Shown here: positions 53,543 to 64,000 of the stretch, one piece after another | Position numbering within the stretch: position 1 is the first letter of the stretch | How the letters are laid out: the number at the start of each line of letters is the position of its first letter | NCBI GenBank assembly: GCA_051294375.1 | Contig: CM119269.1 | Span: forward strand, 7,062,430-7,126,429 | DNA length: 64,000 nucleotides | Source: Paraspadella gotoi | Taxonomy: Eukaryota > Animalia > Chaetognatha | Direction of reading: 5' to 3' | The notes under the pieces: generated by a model | Database searches by the model: none | Told to the model about the DNA's origin: nothing | What the model saw: the letters and a program-made list of their open reading frames with translations, nothing else | Position numbers and translations under genes: made by a program

Positions 53543-53817
53543 TTCTATGTCAATAAAAATTCGTTGTTACATACTAAAAACTGTTTTTCCTTAAAAATAT
53601 ACTTGAAAAAATATTTAATTGCGATAAATCGTCTCCTGGATTTGACTGGAATAGAAAAACCATACCGACCAATAATTATATAGCAGAATGGTTCATTTCA
53701 AATAAGATTTATTTCTGAGGTTAATAGGTTACTAAGTCATTTTAAAACTTCTATGAAAGTATACTTATTATTTAAATCGCGGGAAAAAAAACATCACAAA
53801 CCTATTTAATAGAACCT

Positions 53818-54996
53818 TTAATGACAAATATTTTTTAACGACCTTGGGGAAATCTCCGTTCTTTCAACAAAATTAATGCGAGGCGTCATCATCTCATAAA
53901 GTTCCTTCTCTCCTATTGAGGAATGAAATTTCATAAATTCGCTTTTGTCGATGTTGAAAAAGAAAGAAGCGGAATGCAGAGTCCAAAATATCATCACTAA
54001 ATATTGGGACCAACTTATTTCATTCGTCCGATAAGCGGTTTGTTTCGATTTACTAAGATTTAGGTTCTTGGGCCGATAAAATGCCAAATTTTGAACATGA
54101 TTGCTTAATTCGGAGAAAGTAAATACTCTGAAGATTAACAACGGCATAAAGAGAAGAAGCCAGGGAGAATATTTCAACGACCAGATGTAATATAAGTAGA
54201 TATTGACTACGATGCCTACGATGCCCTGTACGATTCCCAAGACGTCAACCCATAACGATCCATTAAGACTACGGGCTGAAGCTGCAGTCGTGGCCAGACC
54301 GATTGTCGAAAGCATGAAAGAAAGCAAAGTTTGATAATCTTCGAGCTCCCAACTGCAAGAGTACATCATCATCCGCAGTTCCGTCAATCTTGGTGCGCAG
54401 AAGCACGACGTCGCCGAGGGAGACATATTGCCGGTGGAATTCAATTCGTACAGCGTGAAAACTTGATACGTAGCGTTTTCGTACTCGGAAGGATAACAAA
54501 GCTTTGAGGTTCCGCTCGTCATCGTCAGCAGGATGGCCGTTGCTTGCAACAGTATTTGCGGGAAAGATTCCAACAAGAGATGAATCAGGTCAAGCGAATC
54601 AACGAAGCGCTTTTTCTCCAATGAACTTTCTTTCGGTACCAAAGATGATGATGACCATTTGGCGCCGAAAATTGGCCGACCAATGTTGTCCATGTGGTCA
54701 TCGATGGCGACGACCGTATTTGCGAGACCCAAACTGCACAAAACAATCGTCGCCATCTTGCGCCAGATTCCCTTCCAAAGTCGAGGATAAAGTAAAGCGT
54801 CTTTTGAAAAATTCCACCAGACAAATATGGTTGACGAGGCGCCGTGAATTGCCAGAACTATTGCTATTGCAAAGCCAATGTATTGCTCACCGGAAAAATC
54901 TTTTCTTGTGAAGACTAACATCGTGTGAAGGTCCGTGAAAACGTCGGCCACGTTGAGTGAAATCGCGACGAAAGATATGATAATCGCGATGTCCAT
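53818..54996 (-). CDS. Divergent XK-related (Xkr/CED-8 family) multi-pass membrane protein
   Basis: A 392 aa ORF with an N-terminal TM followed by ADVFTD, the family signature LLESFPQILLQ, a later LLSFMLS segment and multiple TM helices. Confidence 0.8.
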   Translation of the reverse strand: MDIAIIISFVAISLNVADVFTDLHTMLVFTRKDFSGEQYIGFAIAIVLAIHGASSTIFVWWNFSKDALLYPRLWKGIWRKMATIVLCSLGLANTVVAIDDHMDNIGRPIFGAKWSSSSLVPKESSLEKKRFVDSLDLIHLLLESFPQILLQATAILLTMTSGTSKLCYPSEYENATYQVFTLYELNSTGNMSPSATSCFCAPRLTELRMMMYSCSWELEDYQTLLSFMLSTIGLATTAASARSLNGSLWVDVLGIVQGIVGIVVNIYLYYIWSLKYSPWLLLFMPLLIFRVFTFSELSNHVQNLAFYRPKNLNLSKSKQTAYRTNEISWSQYLVMIFWTLHSASFFFNIDKSEFMKFHSSIGEKELYEMMTPRINFVERTEISPRSLKNICH

Positions 54997-56127
54997 GATT
55001 TTTTAAACCGAAATAAAGGATTTTCGAAGAAGCCAGGAAAAGAGACAAAATACAATACGACACTGAAAGTAAGAGAAAGAAGAGATAATATATTTATAAA
55101 ATCTTTGTTATCTTTAGCAACTAAAAATATACTGATCCTAATTGATGTAGGATCTTTGATTACAGTCAGAATTATAGGAACGTTCCGCGTTATGTATTTT
55201 TCTCTCTTTTTCTCTTTTTTTTTTCTACAGGGAGGTACAGCTCTAATAGAACTAACTTCAATGCTTGTTTGAGTTGCGATGCGAATTGCGATGCGAGTTG
55301 AAAAACTGATGCTAGTTGAAAAACTGATACGTGTTGAAAAACTGATACGAGTTGAAAAACTGATGAGAGTTGAAAAAATGATGCGAGTTGAAAAACTGAT
55401 ACGAGTTGAAAAAATGATGCGAGTTGAAAAAATGATGCAGGTTTTTAATAGTTAAAAAAAATATTTCTACCATAGTAACAGTTCAGTTTAATCCCTTGCA
55501 AAGGATTAACATGTATTGGCGCAGCTACTGGTTTTGTATGGTCTTTTATGATCAGTTAGGATAACAAAATGAAAGAATCATCGGGATTTATCGTCTGATT
55601 AGCTGATTACCGCCTAAATATCGTAGGCAGATACAACATTCTTTGCTCAAACTTGTTTATATTCACCCATCCAAACGATTTTTTTAAGTTAGTCCCAAAA
55701 CAGCTGGACCTCCCTGTATAGAGCGAGAAAAATAATAAGCAATTTATTCCCATGTCTTATACATGTAAAGGTGAAGAAGATAAGTCATATACATAATACT
55801 AATAACACAGGAATAATAGGTTTTTTTGTTATTACCTGTTTTTTCATTAGTTATATTTAGGATGTATTTATTAAATCTGCTCCTCTTGATCTCTTATATC
55901 TACTATATTCTTTTCCCTTATATTTCTTTTCTTCTCTTTTTTTTCTTCCCTTCTCTTCTTTTCTCTTCTTTTCTTATCTCTTCTCTTCTCTTCTCTACTT
56001 ATCTCTTCTCTTTTCTCCTCTTTATATCCCTTTTCTTTTTACTTCTTTTCTTTTCTTCTGTTCTTTTCTTTTCAACAAGGGAAAAAGTCATAAAATTGGC
56101 AAAGGAAAAATATTAAATAAAAAGAAA

Positions 56128-57364
56128 ACAAGTTTGAGCTAGCAATGTCGGATCTGCATACCATAATTATGCAGTAATCAAGTAATCAGATAATAAATCT
56201 TGATAATTCTTTCAATTTGTGATTCTAACTGATCATACCATAACAAACCAGTGGCTGCATCAATGTAAATCGATTGCAAAGGTTTAAACTGAACTGTTAC
56301 TAAGGTACAATTAATTTTTTTAACTTGAATCATTTTTTTAAAACTTGCATAATTTTTAAAACTTACAACCATTTTTAAACTCGCAATTATTTTTTAAACT
56401 CGAAATTATTTTTTAAACTCGCATCATTTTTAAAACTCGCATCATTTTATCAACTTGCATCATTTTTTTAACTTGCATCATTTATAATCTTGCATCTTTT
56501 TTAAACTTGCATCATTTTTTCAACTCAAATCATTTTTTGAACTTGCATCATTTTTCGACTTGCATCATTTTTTCAACATGCATCATTTTTTCACTTTCAA
56601 CATTTTTCAGCATTTTTGTTTACCTGTATAATTTATTTAAAATAATATTTATAATTTTTTAAATTATGGAATTTTTTAAACTTGCGGAGAGAGCTAGAGA
56701 GAGAGAGAGATAGAGAGAGAAACAAACTTAAAACTCTTTCATTTACGCTCGCAAGATTCCATCAAAACTTTATATTTAGCTAAATCACACACTTTCCTAA
56801 AGATTTTTAATTAAAGATTATTAATTTAAGAGTGGACGATATACGATCAACAATTCATGATGTGCAATTCACGATCGGCATGCTACAATCGATGATTTTA
56901 GATCAATTATAAATTCGAATTATTGACGCGATAATAACGAATAAATGATGCAATGATAATGAATTATTAAAGCTATGATAGTTATTTATTAATAGCATTT
57001 AATGCTATTATAAACATTCATTGATGCGATAATTTTTATTCACGATTGCGATGACAGTCATTCATTGATGCGATAAGATTAATTTATTTATGCTATTATA
57101 ATATGATTGATGTGATTATAATCAATAATTGATTCAACGATAATCCTTCAGGATGTAATGATAATATTCAATAATTCCATCGAAACTTTATATCCAGCTC
57201 AATCACACACTTTCCCAGACACACACAAAGTTTCATCTCAATCCATCTATATTCAACTATAAATAATTGGAATAATTAGGACTAAATATAATTATTCAAA
57301 TTCAATCCACTAATCCAATCACGAGTAATTGGGGGGTTTTTACTAAGAGGGGATGGACGGTCAC

Positions 57365-57402
<38 letters not shown>

Positions 57403-57543
57403 GGACGGACATCATTTTTTGCATAATGTAAGTGTAATGTAAGATTTAAGTGAATGACCGACAAGATTGAGGGGGCGGACCGACGGACCGACAAAGTGAA
57501 TTATAGAGTCGGAATCTGCTGATAAGCAGATCCGGCTAAAAAG
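56128..57543 (-). mobile_element. Apparently complete DINE-1/HINE-like non-autonomous Helentron
   Basis: Subterminal inverted repeats GTCGGATCTGC (~56147) and GCAGATCCGGC (~57527), a hairpin cggaatctgc-tgataa-gcagatccg next to the A-run end, a (GACA/GACG)n microsatellite at 57352-57410, internal ~19 bp tandem repeats at 56320-56600, and an AACAAG terminus. Confidence 0.7.
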
Positions 57544-57577
57544 CCTACATTATTCGATACGAGGACCAAGCTAGGAA

Positions 57578-57870
57578 AGCCGACTACTCCAAGGACGACA
57601 AGGACGACGACTACGCCAAGAAACAACGTCAAACACGCCAAGGACGCCTTATATGTCAATGACGCCAAGGTCAGCGACTACGCCAAGGACGCCGACTACG
57701 CCAAGGACGACAAGGACGCCGACTACGCAAGAAACAACGTCAAACACGCCAAGGACGCCTTATATGTCAAAGAGGCCAAGGTCAGCGACTACGCCAAGGA
57801 CGCCGACTACGTCAAGGACGCCGACTACGCCAAGGACGCCGACTACGCCAAGGATGCAAACTACGTCAAA
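57578..57870. repeat. 18 bp-based minisatellite (GACTACGCCAAGGACGCC) with a ~110 bp higher-order duplication
   Basis: Direct tandem copies immediately after the DINE-like end. Confidence 0.85.
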
Positions 57871-58158
57871 TCCTACGACTCGATTATTTCACTCTCAATC
57901 GTGAAAACTATTTGGTTCTGCGTCGAGGGAAATGAGATCAACGAGTTGGAAGAAGAAGACGATGACAACGACGACAACGATGATGATGACGATAATATTG
58001 ACCGCAACGCTTTGTTTTCTTCTATAATGTTGTCGCGCCGTAATTACGTTTTCATTATTGTGTAAACTTACACTCAAGTACTCGAATCTAGTACAAAAAA
58101 ATTATTGTCTTTCTATAGAAAATCGTTTACGACATCGTCATCCAATTTTGAGACTGCT

Positions 58159-58189
<31 letters not shown>

Positions 58190-58905
58190 TGACGAAGAAT
58201 GCACCATCGCGTGAAAAACCCGAGTGAATAGTGAGCGTGACAGCGGAAAAGACGGGGGGGGGATTAGGGTTGGGGGGGTGTGTCCTTGGTGGCGTAGAAA
58301 GTTGGGAGGGAGGGAGGAGAAAATGGAAGAAGAAGAGTGGGAAAAGAAAAGCTCTTAATATGAGGTTAGGTTAGGAGGGGAAATACATACATACATGTAT
58401 ATAAATATATACACATAATGTATAAGAAGAAAGAATCAGTTGTGTATGTTCAGGGAAGGAGTGAGTATGCTGTAGTGAAGAGACGGAAGAGACTACCAAG
58501 TGCACTTTGGAAAAATGGAAAAATAATTAAGTTTTTTTTTTAATTTTTTTTTTTTAATTAAGTGACAAAGTGGTGAAGTTTCACGAAGATTCAAAAGGCT
58601 AATGAGCTCGCGGGAGAGGAGGGGGGGCGAGAGAGGGGGGAAGAAAAAAAATGTTGAAAAGGCGGGAATATATGAAGAGACTTATTAGTGAGAATGAAAC
58701 CCGGATGTAAGTTGAAAAGAAAATACGAAAGAAAGAATTAGAGAAAAGGGGAAAGGAGAAATCAAAAAGGTTAAAGAGTTAAAGAGTTAAAAAGTCTGAC
58801 AAGTGTGAGAAAGGATTAAGGAGAGAGCAAAAGAAAAAAAACATGTTAGGGACTCGGGAGGGAGAGAGAAGAAAGGATATGATTACGAATGCAATAGAGG
58901 GTGAA

Positions 58906-59044
58906 GAGAAAAGAGAAGGACTTGGTGCAAAAGAGAAGTATAAAAGAGAAGGACTTGGTGCAAAAGAGAAGTAGAAAAGAGAAGGACTTGGTGCAAAAGA
59001 GAAGTAGAAAAGAGAAGGACTTGGTGCAAAAGAGAAGTAGAAAA
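58906..59044. repeat. 33 bp tandem repeat in 4 copies
   Basis: agaaaagagaaggacttggtgcaaaagagaagt is repeated. Confidence 0.9.
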
Positions 59045-59487
59045 CGGACTGAGGAAAACCAAAATGTCGTGGGAGTTTAAGATAGCGATACAAGTTAAAA
59101 GAGAAGAAGACATGGCCCCAAAAAGAGGAGAGAGAAGTAGAACGATATTAACAAATGCCTCTATAAAAGGAGAGAGAAGTAGAAAGTAAAAAAGTTAAAA
59201 AGCCCAAAAAATGAGAGAGATGGAAAAAAGCCCATCGAAAGGGAAAGATGGAAAAATAGCTCAATAGAAAGGAGAGAGAAGTCGAGAAAATAGAGTGGAA
59301 AAAAAATCCCCTATAGAGTGAATAGATAAGTAGAAAAAAAAAGAGAGGGCAAAAAAACCCAATAGAGAGGATGGAAGACTTTTCTTTTTTCTTTTTTCTT
59401 TCTGGTGGATGACGCGACGTGGGCGATTGCGGATTCGGCGGAGCGAGAAACGAGACGACCTCTGGTGGCCGACGAGGGAGAAATATC

Positions 59488-59688
59488 GACGACGACCCCG
59501 ACGACGACGACGACGACGATGATGATGTCGACGACGACGATGGTTACGACGATGGCGACGACGACGACTATGGGGACGATTATGTGAAAGCGACGATGAC
59601 CGCAACTTTGAGTGATTTCTAAGGCAAATTTTATTGAATATTATGATGATGATGATGATGATGATGATGATTATGATGATGATGATGA

Positions 59689-59781
<93 letters not shown>

Positions 59782-59800
59782 CGACAACGACGATGATGAA
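59488..59800. repeat. (GAC)n/(GAT)n trinucleotide microsatellites
   Basis: Visible directly in the sequence. Confidence 0.95.
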
Positions 59801-60665
59801 TGCTTCATTAAACAGGAGTGATTACGATAAGGTTGTGAAACGGTTTAAAGGTTTATTTAAAAGGACGGGCCAAAGGGGCCGTGGGTGGCACAAATGATCG
59901 CACAATAGCACAAAGAATCGCCAATACATATTTGAGTTTACGTTTATTTTAATGTAGTAATAGTAGACATCAGGAAGACAGTTTTAGGAAAAAATACGAT
60001 TAAAGCTGCCGCTCTGCCACTTTGCCGCTCTACGGCTCTGCCGCTCCGCCGTTCTGCCGCTGTGCCGCTGTGTTTCTCTGTCGGGCATTACATAATTTCA
60101 ACCCGCATTCAGTCGTGACCCGGTGACTTAATGACTAATACCATCAATACCATCAGGTCTTGACCATTAGGTACCGGGATCGATCCCCAATGGTACAAGC
60201 TGGAAGCGTGAGGACGGTCCTAAACCCCCTTGGAAGCGTGTAAAACCCTCAAGCTGGGTTCCAAGCCCAGGAATCGTTCCATAGCTTCTAGAGATAGTGA
60301 AAGAAGTTGCGGATTGTACTCTTCAGCCTACTAAGCGCCTTATCCACAACTTAACCACAGTATTGCTATGCAGCTCTGCTTCTCTGACGCTCTTTCTACC
60401 AAAGTACCGTTTTGCAGCAATGCCGCTTCGCCGCTTTGCTGCTTTGCTGCTTTGCTGCTTCGCTTTGCTTTGCTTTGCTTTGCTTTGCTTTGCTTTGCTT
60501 CGCTTTGCTGCTTCGCTGCTTTGCCGCTCTGCACCTCTGCTGCGGAAACGGAAAAGCGAAAGAGACAATCCCTAAATCGGAGGGGAATCGACGACCCGCG
60601 TTCAAAGGTCAAAGGTCAACAGGTTGCTTTTTTTTTTGCCGGTGCCGGTTGTCGGGGTGTTTGAC

Positions 60666-60785
<120 letters not shown>

Positions 60786-61426
60786 CTTTCTCTGCAACCC
60801 GTCACGTCTTCCCGGATTAGCGCCTCCATTTCTTCGGTGAGCAAAGAAAAGTGATGGAATTTTTCACGAAGAGAGAAGAGATTCCATCTCCGGGATGGAA
60901 AGTCGAAAAGAGATTTCGGTAGTGATGGAACCGAGGGGATATCAATGGTAAAATACACTTTGATGGTCTTGAAAATTGAGTGGGAAAAAAGAGACAATTA
61001 AAAAGACAAAAGTTAAAGAAAAAATCAATAGCAAAAATATAAGATATGAAGAAGAAAAGAAAAGAAAAGAAAAGAAAAGAAAAGAAAAGAAAAGAAAAGA
61101 AAAGAAAAGAAAAGAAAAGAAAAGAAAAGAAAAGAAAAAAGAGAAGAAAAGAAAATCGATTTCTTGAATTCAAATCAAAAATTCTTCTCGAGGGAAAGAA
61201 AAAACTGGAAAGAAAATTCTCTCTGAAAATGAACTTTATCTAACTCACCTTGGGGGGGTCAAGATCTAAAACATCTGGGGGTCAAGCTTTTTAATCACCT
61301 GGAGGATCAAGATCGCAATTGCTTGGATGGTCAAGATCTCAATAATCTGGAGGGTCGACATGTTAAGATGTTAATCAATTATAGGGTCAAGAACTTAAGA
61401 TGTCAATCAGGCTGTAATTCTATTAT

Positions 61427-61603
61427 TTTTATGAAAAACAGTTTTTGAATTGTTACAACGATTTTAATGACATGATAAGTCGGACATGTTTCGACTCTTT
61501 AGTTTTAGAGTCTTCATCATCTAAAACTGTCAAGAGACGAAACATGTCCGCCTTATCATGTCATTAAAATCGTTGTAACAATTCAAAAACTGTTTTTCCT
61601 AAA
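61427..61603. mobile_element. Inverted pair of hammerhead-bearing Penelope-type termini
   Basis: ~70 bp arms (61427-61498 and 61533-61603) are near-perfect reverse complements. The minus strand at 61481-61519 reads (a)TGATGA-A-GACTCT aaaactaa AGAGTC-GAAA-CATGTC-CG. Confidence 0.75.
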
Positions 61604-63480
61604 TCCTAACAAAAACGAAAAGAAAGTCTATACACAATATAATTTTTTTTATATCACCAAAGCTATGATGAAACTGATTTCACCTAGTACCTCAAAATCA
61701 GTTTCATTCAAACCGCTTCAAATTTTAACCCTTTCCATTTTTCTATAAAATTCTATAAAATTCTATACATATGATCCATTCTTTACAGTTGAATATATTA
61801 GCTATCTTGCTCCTGACGATGACCAGGATATCCCATCATCAAAGTTTGCCACCATCTCATATTTCGATGCCATATTTCGGTGCCATCGCATCAAATTCCG
61901 GCCTCAACATATTAGAGTCCCACCCGCGGTGACTCGAGCCATAGTCATCGTTGCCCGAGATAAATCTCTTTCGGGAAGGAAAATCTCCTCTCTTATTCCA
62001 GAGGGAAAACTGCGAGGTCACTCGGGGTCAAAGATCAAAACCCTCGAGTCGAAATTCGGGTCGAGAGGTCAATTGACGGGTTTCAAAGATCAAATCTCGG
62101 ATCCGAGGTCAAAAAGTTTTTACGCGACGATTTTTCTATCTCTGTCTGTCTGTCTGTCCTGTCTGTCTGCTCTGTCTGTCTGGTCTGTCTGTTGTCTGTC
62201 TGTCTGTCTCTCTCTCTCTCTCCCCTCTCCATATCTCTCTCATCCCTCTTCTCTCATCTCTTCTCTCTCTCTCAACTTGTTTTTCATTGTTGTCATTGTT
62301 TTGCACCTCATGAAACGGATTTTGGCAAAAATCAAACTGCGAATGGAGAGGAAGAATTGGGGTCTCAATGGGGTGTCGTCGTCATCGTCGTCGAAGTCGT
62401 CGTCATCGTCGTCGTCATTAACGCGACATCATCGTCGTCGTCATCATCGTCGTCATTATCGTTTTTGACGCCCGTTCCGTTTTAGGGTTATTTTCCGCTC
62501 AATTACCATCGAGGGAACAAAACAATTTTCTCTCTCGTCAATTGTATTATTAGAATATTAAATCGCTTATCATTTCGCACTGATTTTTGGCAAAATGGAA
62601 AGAAGGATAATAGTATAACCGGCCTCATTGTCTCCGTTTGACATTCGGTGATTAAAAATTTAATAACCGTTCGTCTCAAGATCAGGCGAAATCGGATAAC
62701 CGTTCGTCTTTTTGATTATGCGACTCGATTCAAACGCCTGATCCTGATTCAAACGCCTGATCCTGATTCGAACGCAATCCCGCCTGATAGACGGGAAAAT
62801 TCTGGGAAAAAATAAAAAGGGAGCAAATTTTGTCGCTTCGTTGCGTGACGAAATGCAATCAAGTCTTTTATTTGCCATATTTTTTGAAAACCGCCCGATT
62901 TCAGTAAAAATTCATAATTTTATCAGGTTAGGGATTTAATTGAGGATTTGGTGAGAAGCATTGGGTATCAAGCATTAGGATTAGCATTAGCATTAGGATT
63001 AGGGTTTTGATTAAAACTAAATTTCAGGCATTAAGAGTAGAAATGGAGCGCTTTCAGAAAATAGTGTCCTATTCTACTATTATTTTAATTTTCTCAATTT
63101 CGGACTTTGATTGCCTCTTCTCGCTGCTCTTTAAGGTCGTCGGGGGAAGGTTTAGATGTGGTCGTTGGTGACGTCGTCGTCGTCGTCGTCCTCATCGTCG
63201 TCGTCATCATCGTCGTCGTCGTCGTCATCGTCGTCGTTTTCTTTTGTCAATCGAAGTCGTTACGAGCGACAATAAACGCAGATTGTCTGGCCACCAAAAT
63301 TTGACGAGGGTCGTCGTCGTCGTCGTCGTCGTCGTCGTCTTAGTTGTTGCCTTTGCTTCCTTTAGCCACTTCCGCTTTATATTTAGCAAAGGGCGGATCT
63401 TTCTTTTGTGAATAAAAGGACTTTTAAAGTTTTTTTTCTTCTCAAAGTCGTTGTTACCAAATCGTCTTTATTTTTGGCCG

Positions 63481-63511
<31 letters not shown>

Positions 63512-63727
63512 TATTATTATCTTTTTCTTAACGACAAATGAATGTCATGTACTTCGATTTTTAATTTGAATATTTTTTTAGTTTTGAAAAACCTTGGAAT
63601 ATAATATGTGGATGTGGAAGTGATAAGGTTTTTCGTCCGTCCATTGGAGAGCGCAAGAACTAAGAAGCCTCGAAGGAAAAGCGGCAGGGCGTCCTTCTTG
63701 ATTTGTGTGTGAGAGAGGAAAGAGAGA

Positions 63728-63776
<49 letters not shown>

Positions 63777-64000
63777 CATGGGTATACTCGAGATTTGCGG
63801 CGAGGAAGCCATGGTGTCTCGCCCAGGCCCGAGCCCTTTGTCCACCATGGCCGGACCACGTCGGCCGGCCAATCTTTGCCGCCGGGACTCGAGGTCGCGG
63901 ATCGAGAGAAAAAAACTCTGATCGGGAGAAATCCGCGGATCAACAGGACGACGTCCGGAAATCGTGGTCGCGGACATTGTTTTTCTTTTCTCTTTGGGTG

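Noticed and set aside
59261-59897. Poly-Asp, poly-Thr and poly-Met proteins
   Set aside because: These are trinucleotide microsatellites, which are common across this window.
60238-60300. Twister ribozyme (CTGGGTTCCAAGCCCAG resembles P4/L4)
   Set aside because: No matching P1/P2 stems or downstream T1 pseudoknot partner were found.

Overview
Repeat-dominated, AT-rich eukaryotic DNA, most likely from an invertebrate animal, with (CCCTAA)n motifs, microsatellites, N gaps and many indel errors typical of an under-polished long-read assembly. Most ORFs in the track are by-products of simple repeats. The most notable feature is a ~6.5 kb GC-richer unit (~18.85-25.41 kb) carrying a frameshifted, probably intron-containing C2H2 zinc finger plus tyrosine recombinase gene with no RT or gag. 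Repeated tRNA-T-arm-like motifs lie upstream, a ~10 x ~245 bp hairpin-rich tandem array lies downstream, and composite telomere-motif arrays lie on both sides. The window also holds Penelope-like remnants (a GIY-YIG pseudo-ORF and several minimal hammerhead ribozyme motifs, one in an inverted repeat), a nested LTR element, foldback MITEs and a DINE-1/Helentron-like family. The best host-gene candidate is a divergent XK-related membrane protein ORF (53818-54996, minus strand). All calls were made by eye, without database searches or folding programs, and many boundaries are approximate.
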